Positions 9,980 to 19,721 of a DNA stretch of 48,260 nt are shown here, one piece after another; positions within the stretch are counted from its first letter, which is position 1; every line of letters starts with the position of its first letter. The notes below the pieces were generated by a model. The model made no database searches. It had not been told where the DNA came from and saw only the letters and a program-made list of their open reading frames with translations. The stretch is from a bacterium. Its GTDB lineage: Bacteria > Oederibacteriota > PGYV01 > Palsa-1178. The DNA lies in NCBI GenBank assembly GCA_037138355.1, contig JBAXIL010000009.1:1-48260 (forward strand), given 5' to 3'. The position numbers and the translations under genes are program-made.

Positions 9980-10408
9980 ATGGATAAAATAAAAGTGTTG
10001 TTTGTTTGCATTCACAATTCTGCCCGTTCACAAATGGCAGAAGCATTTTTAAACAAACTTGCAGGTGATAGATTTATAGCTGAAAGCGCTGGAATTGAAC
10101 CAGGCAAGTTAAACCCGATAGTAGTGGATGCCATGAAAGACGCTGGTATAGATATAGCAGGAAATAAAACAAAATCAGTTTTTGATTTTTATAAAGAAGG
10201 TAGAATGTTTTCATATGTGATTACTGTATGTGATCCAGAGGCAGCTGAACGCTGTCCTATATTTATGGGAGTGACAAAACGCCTGCACTGGCCTTTTAAG
10301 GATCCTTCCAAAAGTGAAGGTACTTATGAGCAAAAGCTTGAAAGTACAAAAAAAATCAGAGACGAAATTCAATTAGCGGTTATAAAGTTTATCACCAAAG
10401 TATTATAA
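9980..10408 (+). CDS. arsC: thioredoxin-dependent arsenate reductase (LMW-PTP fold)
   Basis: [13 protein letters not shown]-loop, ITVCD...ERCP, HWPFKDP. Confidence 0.88.
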   Translation: MDKIKVLFVCIHNSARSQMAEAFLNKLAGDRFIAESAGIEPGKLNPIVVDAMKDAGIDIAGNKTKSVFDFYKEGRMFSYVITVCDPEAAERCPIFMGVTKRLHWPFKDPSKSEGTYEQKLESTKKIRDEIQLAVIKFITKVL

Positions 10409-10486
10409 TAAACTCTTTGTGAAATTGGCAGTATTTATTCATTATAATTTCGTTTTATATACATAAAATCGAGCAAACCCTGCTGC

Positions 10487-10514
10487 TTGACAAATTCCCC
10501 AAATCCATTATAAT
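10487..10514 (+). promoter_or_regulatory. consensus sigma70 promoter
   Basis: TTGACA(10487-10492)-16 nt-TATAAT(10509-10514). Confidence 0.75.
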
Positions 10515-10541
10515 CATTTAAACTTCTCAAAAGGACAAAAT

Positions 10542-10700
10542 ATGAATTTTTGGAAGCAGCTAAAGACCAATATAATTAAGCTTATGATAAAAATGGACAA
10601 TGGTTTTCTTTGTGATACTTGCAGATTGGACCATCCTAATACTTGTCCGCACCCAGAAAGACCGAATAAGAAAGAATGTAAGGATTACGAACATAAGTAA
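10542..10700 (+). CDS. 52-aa Cys-rich hypothetical protein (absent from ORF track)
   Basis: MNFWKQLKTNIIKLMIKMDNGFLCDTCRLDHPNTCPHPERPNKKECKDYEHK; AAGGA SD; fills the gap between promoter and next gene. Confidence 0.75.
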   Translation: MNFWKQLKTNIIKLMIKMDNGFLCDTCRLDHPNTCPHPERPNKKECKDYEHK

Positions 10701-10721
10701 TTAAAACTTAAGGAGTAAAGT

Positions 10722-10997
10722 GTGCCAAGCTATACATACGAATGTAAAAAATGCGGAAGCTTTGATATAGAGCACTCAATAAAGCTTGATGCTTTGACAG
10801 TTTGTCCTACTTGTAAAACTGCAGGACTTAAGCGTTTGATAGGAAATAATACTGCCTTTATTTTAAAAGGCGGTGGTTTTTATGAAACGGATTATAAACG
10901 CAAGGCAGGGTCTGATTATGCGAGCAAGGCCTCAGCTGAAAAACCTGCTGCGCCTTGCGCCAGTTGTGATAAAGCAAAAAGCGGAGAATGTAAATGA
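10722..10997 (+). CDS. FmdB-family zinc ribbon protein
   Basis: MPSYTYECKKC...CPTC...FILKGGGFYETDY; GTG start with AAGGAG SD. Confidence 0.88.
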   Translation: MPSYTYECKKCGSFDIEHSIKLDALTVCPTCKTAGLKRLIGNNTAFILKGGGFYETDYKRKAGSDYASKASAEKPAAPCASCDKAKSGECK

Positions 10998-12277
10998 ATG
11001 TAACTGCTTTGATAATGGCGGCAGGTTTGGGCCTGCGAATGAAATCAAATAAAACAAAAGTGCTACACGAAATAGCAGGCAAACCAATGTTAGCACATGT
11101 GATTGATGCCTGTCATAAGGCCGGAATTAAGCATATAGTTTTAATTGCGGGAGCAAACTTTCCTGAACTGAAAAAATTCGCAGAACTTACATATCCGGCA
11201 GGAAAAATTAAAATTGTCATACAAAAAAAACAACTTGGGACCGCACATGCTATTTCTACAGCGCTTAAGGCAAAAATTTCATATAAAGAAGCAATTCTTA
11301 TTTTAAGCGGGGATGTGCCGCTCATAGAAGCTGATACTATAAGGAAAACAATTAATGAGTTTACAAATGAAAAGCCGGGTGGTATAATTTTAACTTCGCA
11401 GGTGGAAAATCCTTTCGGTTATGGCAGGATTATTAGGGACTCACATGGCTATATAAAAAGCATAGTGGAAGAGAAAAATGCCACCTCTGACGAGCAGAAA
11501 ATCCGCTTAATTAATGGTGGAGTTTATATTTTTGATAAAAATTACTTGAAAGAATATATAGGTAAGATAAAGCTAAATGCACTTAAAAAAGAGTATTATT
11601 TGACAGATATAGTAGGGCTTATGACAGAAAAAGGTATAAAAATAAGGCCAAAAATAGTGAATTACGCAGAAGTGGCCGGAATAAATGACAGGGTGCAACT
11701 TATGGAAGCTGGAAAAATGAAGAATAAAAAAACGCTTGAAAAGTTTTCCAAAAATGGTATAACTATTGTTGATTTTGATACGGTATTTATTGATGAGAAT
11801 GTGAGTATCGGAACAGATACTGTAATACAACCATTTACTGTCATAAAAGGATTGTCCCGTATAGGCAAGGGCTGTAATATCGGACCCTTCGCACACATAA
11901 GGCCGGGCACGGTTATCGGTGATAACTGCAGAATCGGAAATTATGTGGAGATAAAAAAATCAACTATAGGAAATAATACTTTTGTTTCACATTTGAGTTA
12001 TATCGGAGACGCTAAAATAGGCTCTGGAGTAAATATAGGAGCCGGAACGATTACTTGTAATTATGATGGCTTTAAAAAAAGTAAAACAATTATTGGTGAT
12101 AATGTTTTTGTTGGAAGCGACACTAAGTTTGTCGCTCCAGTTAAAGTAGGTAGTGGAGCAGTAATCGCTGCTGGTTCGGTAATAACTGAAAATGTTCCTG
12201 CTCAAGCACTTGCAGTTGCACGCGCCAGGCAAATAAATAAAGAAAAATGGGTTACAAAAAGGAGCAAAAAGAAATGA
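10994..12277 (+). CDS. glmU: bifunctional UDP-GlcNAc pyrophosphorylase / GlcN-1-P acetyltransferase (compact form)
   Basis: AAGLGLRMKS, QLGTAHA, GYGRIIRD, EYYLTD, GPFAHIRP, HLSYIGDA, NIGAGTITCNYDG. Confidence 0.95.
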   Translation: MNVTALIMAAGLGLRMKSNKTKVLHEIAGKPMLAHVIDACHKAGIKHIVLIAGANFPELKKFAELTYPAGKIKIVIQKKQLGTAHAISTALKAKISYKEAILILSGDVPLIEADTIRKTINEFTNEKPGGIILTSQVENPFGYGRIIRDSHGYIKSIVEEKNATSDEQKIRLINGGVYIFDKNYLKEYIGKIKLNALKKEYYLTDIVGLMTEKGIKIRPKIVNYAEVAGINDRVQLMEAGKMKNKKTLEKFSKNGITIVDFDTVFIDENVSIGTDTVIQPFTVIKGLSRIGKGCNIGPFAHIRPGTVIGDNCRIGNYVEIKKSTIGNNTFVSHLSYIGDAKIGSGVNIGAGTITCNYDGFKKSKTIIGDNVFVGSDTKFVAPVKVGSGAVIAAGSVITENVPAQALAVARARQINKEKWVTKRSKKK

Positions 12278-13200
12278 TTTTATTTTCCGGAAACTCGAAT
12301 ATAAATTTGGCAAAAGCAGTAGCTGAAAAAATGAAAATGAAACTCGGTGATGCTTATGTAGGTAAGTTTCCAGAAGGCGAAATCAGAGTTAAAATAAATG
12401 ATAATGTGCGCGGCAAGGATGTTTTTATTCTTCAGTCCACATGTCCGCCGGCTAATGATAACTTAATGGAACTTTTATGTATGATAGATGCTTTGAAACG
12501 CGCTTCTGCAAAAAGGATAACAGCAGTTCTTCCTTTTTATGGTTATGCCAGACAAGATAGAAAAGACCAACCAAGAGTGCCGATCACTGCAAAGCTTGTT
12601 GCGAATTTGTTGACTGTAGCAGGAGCCAATAGAGTTTTAACTATGGACTTACATGCTGGACAGATACAGGGATTTTTTGATATTCCTTTGGATCATTTAC
12701 TTGCAGCACCAGTTTTCATAAAGTATTTTAAAAAGAAAAATTTAAAGAACTTTGTTATTTCTACTTCGGATATTGGCGGCATAAAGCTCGCGTGGTATTT
12801 TGCGGAAAGATTAAAAGTAGAGCTCGCGGTTGTTGATAAAAAAAGAACTGGTCCTGAATCAGTAGAAGCCATGCACCTAATCGGAGATGTTAAAGGAAAG
12901 AATGTTATTATTCCTGACGATATGATAGCTACTGGTGGCACCTTGGTACACGCTGCTAAATTTTTAAAAGCAAGAGGCGCTAAAGACATATATGCTTGCA
13001 TGACACATGGACTTTTTTCAGGTCAGGCAATAGAAAAAATAATGGATTCACCTATAAAAGAAGTTGTTGTAACTGATACGATACCGCAATTTGACAGAAA
13101 AAATATAAAGAAAATTACGGTCTTGTCGGTAGCAGAACTTTTTGCTGAAGCAATTACAAGTATTCACGAAGAGAAAACGATAAGTCAGCTTTTTAAATAG
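12274..13200 (+). CDS. prs: ribose-phosphate pyrophosphokinase
   Basis: VRGKDVFILQSTC, YGYARQDRK, MDLHAGQIQGFF, DDMIATGGT; ATGA coupling with glmU at 12274. Confidence 0.96.
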   Translation: MILFSGNSNINLAKAVAEKMKMKLGDAYVGKFPEGEIRVKINDNVRGKDVFILQSTCPPANDNLMELLCMIDALKRASAKRITAVLPFYGYARQDRKDQPRVPITAKLVANLLTVAGANRVLTMDLHAGQIQGFFDIPLDHLLAAPVFIKYFKKKNLKNFVISTSDIGGIKLAWYFAERLKVELAVVDKKRTGPESVEAMHLIGDVKGKNVIIPDDMIATGGTLVHAAKFLKARGAKDIYACMTHGLFSGQAIEKIMDSPIKEVVVTDTIPQFDRKNIKKITVLSVAELFAEAITSIHEEKTISQLFK

Positions 13201-13208
13201 AATTTACA

Positions 13209-13312
13209 GGCGGTAAGTGTTGCCAGTATATAGCACCGGTCTTGAGTACCGTTAGAAGCGGGATGGGGGATTCGGATTGCGGAATGAAAAATGAAGACAG
13301 CAAAGCGTTGTC
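13209..13312 (+). promoter_or_regulatory. putative structured leader upstream of rplY
   Basis: GC-rich intergenic; GGCGGTA/TACCGTT enclosing GTGTTG/TAGCAC; second hairpin GACAGC/GTTGTC. Confidence 0.4.
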
Positions 13313-13332
13313 AATTTATGCAGGAGGAAGAA

Positions 13333-14079
13333 ATGGAAAAGGTAATTTTAGAAGGAACAGTAAGAGAAGAAAAAGTAGAGGCAAGGAAATTGAAAAAAGA
13401 TGGTAAAGTTCCAGCTGTAGTTTATGGAAAAGAAACAAAGAGCATGCCAATAGAAATAAGGATAAAAGATATTGAAAAAACAGTGAAGCATTTATCTGAA
13501 GGTACACTCTTGATAACTTTAAAGCTAACTGGTAAAGGCATGAACGAAGAAAAAATAGTAGTAATTCAGGAAGTACAAAGAGATCCAAGCACGGAAGAGA
13601 TTATACACGCTGATTTTAAGCAGATTTCAGAAAAAGAGAAATCTATATTTAAGCTTCCTATATTTGGAACAGGTACATCAGAAGGCGTTAAAATCGGCGG
13701 CAACCTTGAGTTCGTTACAAGGTCAGTGCAGGTTCGTTGTCTTCCAAAAGATTTGCCAGCAAAAATTACTATAGATATTACTGCTCTTAAAATAGGAGCA
13801 GCTATAGCAGTAAGCGAAATACCGAAAATGGAAGGCGTAGAAATCATGACAGACCCACATAAGGTTGTGTTCACGGTTGTCGCGCACAAGATAGAGGAAG
13901 TAGTAAAACCTGAAGACGCAGCAGCAGCAGAAGCTACTACAGCATCACAGCCAGAACTGATTAAGAAAGAAAGAGCTGTAGCCGAAGGCGAAGAAGGAGC
14001 AGCACCTGCAAAGGGAGCCGCACCTGCAAAAGGTGGAGCACCAGCGAAGGAAGAAAAGAAGCCAGAAAAGAAAAAATAA
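13333..14079 (+). CDS. rplY: 50S ribosomal protein L25/Ctc (long form)
   Basis: GKVPAVVYG, QEVQRDP...IIHADF, GVKIGG, VRCLPKDLP; ATG 13333 after AGGAGG. Confidence 0.93.
   Translation: MEKVILEGTVREEKVEARKLKKDGKVPAVVYGKETKSMPIEIRIKDIEKTVKHLSEGTLLITLKLTGKGMNEEKIVVIQEVQRDPSTEEIIHADFKQISEKEKSIFKLPIFGTGTSEGVKIGGNLEFVTRSVQVRCLPKDLPAKITIDITALKIGAAIAVSEIPKMEGVEIMTDPHKVVFTVVAHKIEEVVKPEDAAAAEATTASQPELIKKERAVAEGEEGAAPAKGAAPAKGGAPAKEEKKPEKKK
13996..14049 (+). repeat. 3 x 18-bp coding repeat (GAAPAK GAAPAK GGAPAK)
   Basis: Seen in the L25 C-terminal low-complexity tail. Confidence 0.85.
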
Positions 14080-14134
14080 CGCTTATACAAGCGTTTTATA
14101 CAAAGCCCGCGGCGTAATAACCGCGGGCTTTTTT
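14078..14134 (+). terminator. terminator after rplY (tandem hairpins)
   Basis: AACGCTT-atac-AAGCGTT then AAAGCCCGCGG-cgtaataa-CCGCGGGCTTT followed by T-run. Confidence 0.88.
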
Positions 14135-14230
14135 ATTTTAGGAGTGTGTATGTTTTATAATGGTTTTTATTTTGTTTTTATCATATAATAATGCCTATCA
14201 AGAATTAAAACGCAAAAGAGCAGGGGGCTT

Positions 14231-14797
14231 ATGAAGCTAATTGCAGGACTTGGCAATAAGGGACCAGAATATACTCATACACGGCATAATATTGGTTTTG
14301 AATTTATTGATTATTTTGCAGAAAAACAAAAGTTTAGAATCAGTGCCAAAAACAAGATTGCTCAATTTGCAGAAAAAATAATTGATTCAGTTGAGACAGT
14401 TATTATCAAACCACTTACTTATATGAACCTATCAGGAGATGCGGTTAAGTATTTTGCTGATAAATATAAAATCAAAACAGAAAATATTTTAATAATACAT
14501 GATGACATAGATATACCTCCATATAAGATAAAAATTAAGACAGGTGGCGGAGATGGCGGACATAATGGAATCAAATCTATTACTGAAAGATTAGGAACCA
14601 AAGATTTCCCACGCATCAGAATAGGCGTTGGTAAACCTGAACATAAAACACAGACAGTGGATTATGTGCTTGGTAAAATGGATAAAATTGATATGGAAAA
14701 ATATAATAAAAAGTTTGATATTGTTGAGACCTTTTTGATAGATTGGTTAAACATAGGATATACAAAAGCAGCTGGAAGGTTTAAAGATACAGATTAA
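14231..14797 (+). CDS. pth: peptidyl-tRNA hydrolase
   Basis: GLGNKG...TRHNIGF, KPLTYMNLSG, HDDID, GGHNGIKS, RIRIGVG. Confidence 0.96.
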   Translation: MKLIAGLGNKGPEYTHTRHNIGFEFIDYFAEKQKFRISAKNKIAQFAEKIIDSVETVIIKPLTYMNLSGDAVKYFADKYKIKTENILIIHDDIDIPPYKIKIKTGGGDGGHNGIKSITERLGTKDFPRIRIGVGKPEHKTQTVDYVLGKMDKIDMEKYNKKFDIVETFLIDWLNIGYTKAAGRFKDTD

Positions 14798-14823
14798 GCA
14801 AGGCGTAAAATATAGGGGGGATT

Positions 14824-15156
14824 TTGAAGTTAACTTCGGAAGAAAGAAATATACTTATTTCTATTGTATTGGCCGTGTGTGTAGGTCTGTTAATTAATAT
14901 TTTCTTTTCTTATAATAAAAAAATCCAAATTAATGATTCTATTTCTATGCCTCTGCTTGTAAATATTAATACAGCAACTGCCGAAGAATTAGATAAGCTT
15001 CCAGGAGTAGGAAAAACAATAGCAGAAAGAATTGTTACGCTACGGCAGGAGCGAGGGGAATATAAAACAATTAATGACTTAAAGAAAGTCAAAGGGATAA
15101 CAGCAAAAAAACTGCAAAAATTGCAAAAGTACATTATAACGGATACTTCTAAGTGA
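14824..15156 (+). CDS. comEA: ComEA-family helix-hairpin-helix DNA-binding protein
   Basis: N-terminal TM; VNINTATAEELDKLPGVGKTIAERI, DLKKVKGI. Confidence 0.88.
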   Translation: MKLTSEERNILISIVLAVCVGLLINIFFSYNKKIQINDSISMPLLVNINTATAEELDKLPGVGKTIAERIVTLRQERGEYKTINDLKKVKGITAKKLQKLQKYIITDTSK

Positions 15157-17318
15157 ATAGACCGTTACTTTTTATTACCTTTGCTTTAATTTTAGGTATG
15201 GCAATCGCAGGATTTACTTCCTTAAATTGTATAGTTGCTATAAGCTTGTTGATAATTGTTATTATTTTATATGCGATTTTTAGTAAAAAATACAGTCAAT
15301 TAATTTTTATTGTTTTTATTTTTCTTGGGTTGGCTCTTTTCTCCTTTCAAAACACTTATATTTCTACTAATGATATAAGGGTATATATGGCGCATATAGA
15401 TAAAAATACTAAAATAACAGGGGTGAAAGTGTATGTGAAAGATGACCCTGAGTGTAATGATAATAAAACATATTTTACAGGCAAATTATTAAGTGTTTTT
15501 GAAAATGGGAGGGAAATAACTGGACTCCGTGGAAAAATTAGAGTAACTATAGAAAAAAATCTTGGCTTTATACCGAAATATGGTGATGTATTATATATTA
15601 AAGGACAATTGCGTCCACCTGTTGAACCTAAAAATCTGGGTGAGTTTGATTACAAACGCTACTTGAAATACAAACAAGTTTTTTATACGGTTTTTGCTAA
15701 GGACACAGCGTGTGAAAAACAAAGTTTTGAAATTGATAATTATTTTAAATATTATTCATATAAAATAAAAGAAAAATTGCTGGAGATAATATACTCTTCA
15801 ATACCGAAAGCTGAAGCTGAAATAATGAACGGTCTTATGCTTGGAAATCAGCGGGTAATCCCAGATGATATATATGACAAATTTAAAATAACTGGCACCG
15901 TACATATACTTGCTGTTTCTGGTATGAATGTGGGTTTGATTGCACTTTTTATATTTCTTCTTCTTAAAATACTTAAAGTTAAAAGAAAAGTAGCGGCAGT
16001 AATCACTCTTTTGTTTATAACTGTTTTCGCTATTATCACTGGGGCAGGTGCTTCTATAGTCAGGGCAACTATCATGGGGTATGTGGTGCTATTAGGTCTG
16101 ATAATGGAAAAGGATACTGATTTAATTAATTCTCTTTCTATCGCGGCTTTTATATTACTTATATTTAATCCTTCTAATATTTATGATGTGGGTTTTCAAT
16201 TATCTTTTCTGGCTACATTTGGAATTATATATTTTATAGATTGGGTGGAAAACTTATTTAAAGGTCTTCCCAAATGGCTTTCAGGAACGCTGGCTTCTAC
16301 TATTGCTGCGCAATTATTTTTAAGTCCTGTTATGGCAGATACATTTCATCAGGTCTCTATAATATCAGTCCTTGCAAATATATTTATAGTGCCTTTAGCT
16401 GGAATGATATCTATATTGGGTTTTGCTATGTGGCTGTTTGGTTCAATAAGTTTACAGATAGGAAAAGTTTTTGGTGCAACTATATGGCTAATGATAAAGG
16501 GTATGATGCTTATTGTAGATATATTGGCGGCTATACCTTATGCGGCAATTTCAGTAAAAACAATGCCTGTAGTTTTGAGTTTTTTATATTATATATTCTT
16601 TTTGATACTTCCTTTTGAAGATATTAATATGAAAATTAAAAAAGTTAATTTAAAAATAAGTTTAGCTGTAGTGATATGTGTGTGGATGTCATTACATATT
16701 CTAATGCCTGAATTAAAAGCAAAATTCTATGCTTTAAGTGTTCGTGGAATCAATGCAACGATCTTTGTAACTGCAGAAAACAAGAAAATACTTATGCTTG
16801 GCAGTGACGATTATAAAAACAACTTTGGGGTTAAAAATACTGTCGTACCATTTTTAAGATACAAAGGTATTAATAATATAGACGAGTTAGTGCTATACTC
16901 GGTAGAAAATAAGAAAAATCTGGAAGCGCTGAAAAGAAGCTTTGTGATAAAAAGTATTTATGCTGATAATTTAAGTTATGAAACCGCTACTGCGTTTGAA
17001 AAAACAAAACTGATAGATGGAGAGTTTAATGTCAAAGAAGATGGTAGAACTTCTATTTCCTTTACTCCTATAAGTACAGAAATAACAGCAGGTGATAAAA
17101 GTTTGCTATTTATAAAAAGTCTGACATCGGATATTGAGAAGAAATCTGACTGCATAATATACTCCTGTCAGGTTGATAAACGGACTATTTTGGGTTTGGC
17201 TAAGCGTAATATGTGTGTGATTAATAGCGGAAATGGCGGTTTTTATCGAAAACCATCAGTAATTACAGGTGAAAACCTATGGGATTTGTCTGAAAAAGGT
17301 ATGTATCAATATCCATAA
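15153..17318 (+). CDS. comEC: ComEC/Rec2 DNA uptake channel with degenerate C-terminal MBL-like domain
   Basis: NLGEFDYKRYL, GTVHILAVSGMNV, SIVRA, DVGFQLSFLA; many TM segments. Confidence 0.9.
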   Translation: MNRPLLFITFALILGMAIAGFTSLNCIVAISLLIIVIILYAIFSKKYSQLIFIVFIFLGLALFSFQNTYISTNDIRVYMAHIDKNTKITGVKVYVKDDPECNDNKTYFTGKLLSVFENGREITGLRGKIRVTIEKNLGFIPKYGDVLYIKGQLRPPVEPKNLGEFDYKRYLKYKQVFYTVFAKDTACEKQSFEIDNYFKYYSYKIKEKLLEIIYSSIPKAEAEIMNGLMLGNQRVIPDDIYDKFKITGTVHILAVSGMNVGLIALFIFLLLKILKVKRKVAAVITLLFITVFAIITGAGASIVRATIMGYVVLLGLIMEKDTDLINSLSIAAFILLIFNPSNIYDVGFQLSFLATFGIIYFIDWVENLFKGLPKWLSGTLASTIAAQLFLSPVMADTFHQVSIISVLANIFIVPLAGMISILGFAMWLFGSISLQIGKVFGATIWLMIKGMMLIVDILAAIPYAAISVKTMPVVLSFLYYIFFLILPFEDINMKIKKVNLKISLAVVICVWMSLHILMPELKAKFYALSVRGINATIFVTAENKKILMLGSDDYKNNFGVKNTVVPFLRYKGINNIDELVLYSVENKKNLEALKRSFVIKSIYADNLSYETATAFEKTKLIDGEFNVKEDGRTSISFTPISTEITAGDKSLLFIKSLTSDIEKKSDCIIYSCQVDKRTILGLAKRNMCVINSGNGGFYRKPSVITGENLWDLSEKGMYQYP

Positions 17319-17343
17319 AAAATAGTGTGTTCTTATATTTTTG

Positions 17344-17372
17344 TTGATTAAAAAAGCCTTATTTTATATAAT
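17344..17372 (+). promoter_or_regulatory. sigma70 promoter for rml cluster
   Basis: TTGATT-17 nt-TATAAT. Confidence 0.55.
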
Positions 17373-17437
17373 AAAAACGTATTTAATGACATATTTATTT
17401 ATATGACATTTAAAAATGTTAAAAGAGGTGAATAATA

Positions 17438-18169
17438 GTGAAAGGAATCATTTTAGCTGGTGGACTTGGTACAAGATTACATCCTTTGACAAGAATTACT
17501 AACAAACATTTGCTTCCTGTTTATGATAAACCCATGATTTTTTACTCCATAGAAATGCTTGCTAATGCCGGAATAAATGACATTATGGTAATAACAGGCG
17601 GTACAAACTCAGGAGATTTTTTAAGGCTTTTGGGAAATGGAAAACATTTTGGTTTAAAACATATTCATTATGGTTATCAGGAAGGCGAAGGTGGTATTGC
17701 TGATGCCTTAAAGATATGTGAGGATTTTGTTGGAAATGATAAAATGGTAGTGGTTTTAGGTGATAATATAATAGAAAAAAATATTAAAAAGTTCACAAAG
17801 GAATTTGAAACCCAGAAATCAGGGGCAAAAATAATACTTACAAAAGTAAAAAATCCTTCACAGTATGGTGTGGCTCAAGTGAAAGGTAATAAAATAGCTA
17901 AGATAGTCGAAAAACCTAAAAAATTCATAAGTGATTTGGCAGTAATTGGTATTTACTTTTATCCAAATGATGTTTTTTCAAAAATTAAAACCTTAAAGCC
18001 ATCAAAAAGAGGAGAGCTTGAAATAACAGATGTGAACAATGCTTATCTTGCACAAGGAAAGCTGACATATAATATACTTGACGGCTGGTGGCAGGATGCT
18101 GGTGAATCAAAAGACACGCTTTTGGAAGCAGGTTTGTTTGTGAAAAAACACGGAGCAAATCATATTTAA
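17438..18169 (+). CDS. rmlA: glucose-1-phosphate thymidylyltransferase (short form)
   Basis: GIILAGGLGTRLHPLT, KHLLPVYDKPMI, PSKRGELEITD, WQDAG. Confidence 0.9.
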   Translation: MKGIILAGGLGTRLHPLTRITNKHLLPVYDKPMIFYSIEMLANAGINDIMVITGGTNSGDFLRLLGNGKHFGLKHIHYGYQEGEGGIADALKICEDFVGNDKMVVVLGDNIIEKNIKKFTKEFETQKSGAKIILTKVKNPSQYGVAQVKGNKIAKIVEKPKKFISDLAVIGIYFYPNDVFSKIKTLKPSKRGELEITDVNNAYLAQGKLTYNILDGWWQDAGESKDTLLEAGLFVKKHGANHI

Positions 18170-18205
18170 AAGTTTCCATTAAATACATTTCAAAAGGAGC
18201 TTCAA

Positions 18206-18661
18206 ATGATTGATGGAGTGAAAGTAAAACAATTAAAGACAATTGCAGATGAGCGCGGTAGATTGATGGAAATGTTGAGAGTAGATGATAAAGAGTTTAT
18301 TAAATTTGGACAGATATATATGACCACAGTTTATGCTGGTACGGTAAAGGCCTGGCACTATCATAAGAAACAGCTGGATAATTTTGTTTGTGTAAAAGGA
18401 ATGCTTAAGCTGGTTCTTTTTGATTTGCGTGAAGGTTCTAAAACAAAAGGTGAAGTAAATGAGTTTTTTTTGGGTGAACACAATCAGATTTTGGTTCAAA
18501 TACCAACAAATGTTTATCACGGTTTTAAGGGCATATCGGAAAATGAAAGTATTGTAATAAACTGCTGCACTGAAAGTTATGACAGTAAAAAACCAGATGA
18601 ATTCAGAATCCCTGCACATTCAAAAAAAATACCTTATGATTGGGCAAGAAAAGACAGCTAA
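18206..18661 (+). CDS. rmlC: dTDP-4-dehydrorhamnose 3,5-epimerase family cupin
   Basis: DERGRLME, KAWHYHKKQ, DLREGSKT, VYHGF. Confidence 0.85.
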   Translation: MIDGVKVKQLKTIADERGRLMEMLRVDDKEFIKFGQIYMTTVYAGTVKAWHYHKKQLDNFVCVKGMLKLVLFDLREGSKTKGEVNEFFLGEHNQILVQIPTNVYHGFKGISENESIVINCCTESYDSKKPDEFRIPAHSKKIPYDWARKDS

Positions 18662-18706
18662 GATAATGGATTTTGTACTAATGATAAAAAAATACGGAGG
18701 TTTCAA

Positions 18707-19705
18707 TTGAAAGTTCTAATCACCGGCGGCGCAGGCTTTATTGGTTCAAACTTCACGGAATATATGTTGAAGAAATATAAAAATTACACGCTCACCGTAT
18801 TTGATGCTATGACCTATGCTTCAAATCCTGAAACTATAATAAAATTTAAAAAAAATAAGAACTTTAGGTTTATTAAAGGCGATATATGTGACTTTGAAGC
18901 AGTAAAGACGGCAGTAAAAGGGCAGGACATGATAGTTCATTTTGCGGCAGAGTCGCATGTGGACAGGTCTATAATAGGTCCAGAAGCATTCATAGAAACA
19001 AATGTTAAAGGCACCTTCAATATGTTGGAAGCAGCAAGATTAGAAGGAATAAAGAAATTTTTGCATATTTCAACAGATGAAGTTTATGGAAGTATAAAAA
19101 AAGGTAAGTCAAAAGAGCAAGATATACTTGATCCTACCAGTCCATATTCTTCTTCAAAGGCAGCGGCTGATTTAATAGCCCTTTCATACTTTAAAACATT
19201 TGGTATGCCTGTTGTGATTACTCGCAGCTCAAATAATTTTGGTCCATATCAGCATCCAGAAAAGTTTGTACCATTATTTATAACCCGTGCCATAGAAGAA
19301 AAAGAGCTTCCACTTTATGGGGATGGTAAAAATGTGAGGAACTGGATTTATGTAGAAGATAATTGTTCGGGTTTAGATATTGTGTTGCATAAAGGAATCA
19401 ATGGGGAGATATATAATGTAGGTGGAAATGTGGAAGAGCCAAATATAAAAGTGGCAAAAGGAATATTGGAAGCACTGAAAAAAAATGTTGCATTGATTAA
19501 GTTGGTAAAAGACAGACTTGCTCATGATAGGCGTTATGCTTTGGATTCTTCAAAACTTAAAAAGCTCGGCTGGAAACCAAAATATGAATTTACAGAAGCG
19601 CTTGCTCTTACTATAAAATGGTATGCTGATAATAGTAAGTGGTGGATGGGTTTAAAAAATATTAAGTTTAGTGAATATTACAAAAAAAATTATGGAAAAA
19701 AATAA
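18707..19705 (+). CDS. rmlB: dTDP-glucose 4,6-dehydratase
   Basis: TGGAGFIGS, HFAAESHVDRSI, STDEVYG, PYSSSKA, HDRRY. Confidence 0.95.
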   Translation: MKVLITGGAGFIGSNFTEYMLKKYKNYTLTVFDAMTYASNPETIIKFKKNKNFRFIKGDICDFEAVKTAVKGQDMIVHFAAESHVDRSIIGPEAFIETNVKGTFNMLEAARLEGIKKFLHISTDEVYGSIKKGKSKEQDILDPTSPYSSSKAAADLIALSYFKTFGMPVVITRSSNNFGPYQHPEKFVPLFITRAIEEKELPLYGDGKNVRNWIYVEDNCSGLDIVLHKGINGEIYNVGGNVEEPNIKVAKGILEALKKNVALIKLVKDRLAHDRRYALDSSKLKKLGWKPKYEFTEALALTIKWYADNSKWWMGLKNIKFSEYYKKNYGKK

Positions 19706-19721
19706 GAAGTTGGTGCATTAA

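Noticed and set aside
13201..13330. tRNA or 5S rRNA gene between prs and rplY
   Set aside because: No cloverleaf or T-loop GTTCRA, and no full 5S structure
13996..14049. GAAPAK repeat as a novel element
   Set aside because: Ala/Pro/Lys/Glu-rich tails are common on long L25 proteins
17386..17421. ATGACAT direct repeat and weak palindrome upstream of rmlA as an operator
   Set aside because: Short AT-rich match, not noticed at other promoters in the window, no cognate regulator
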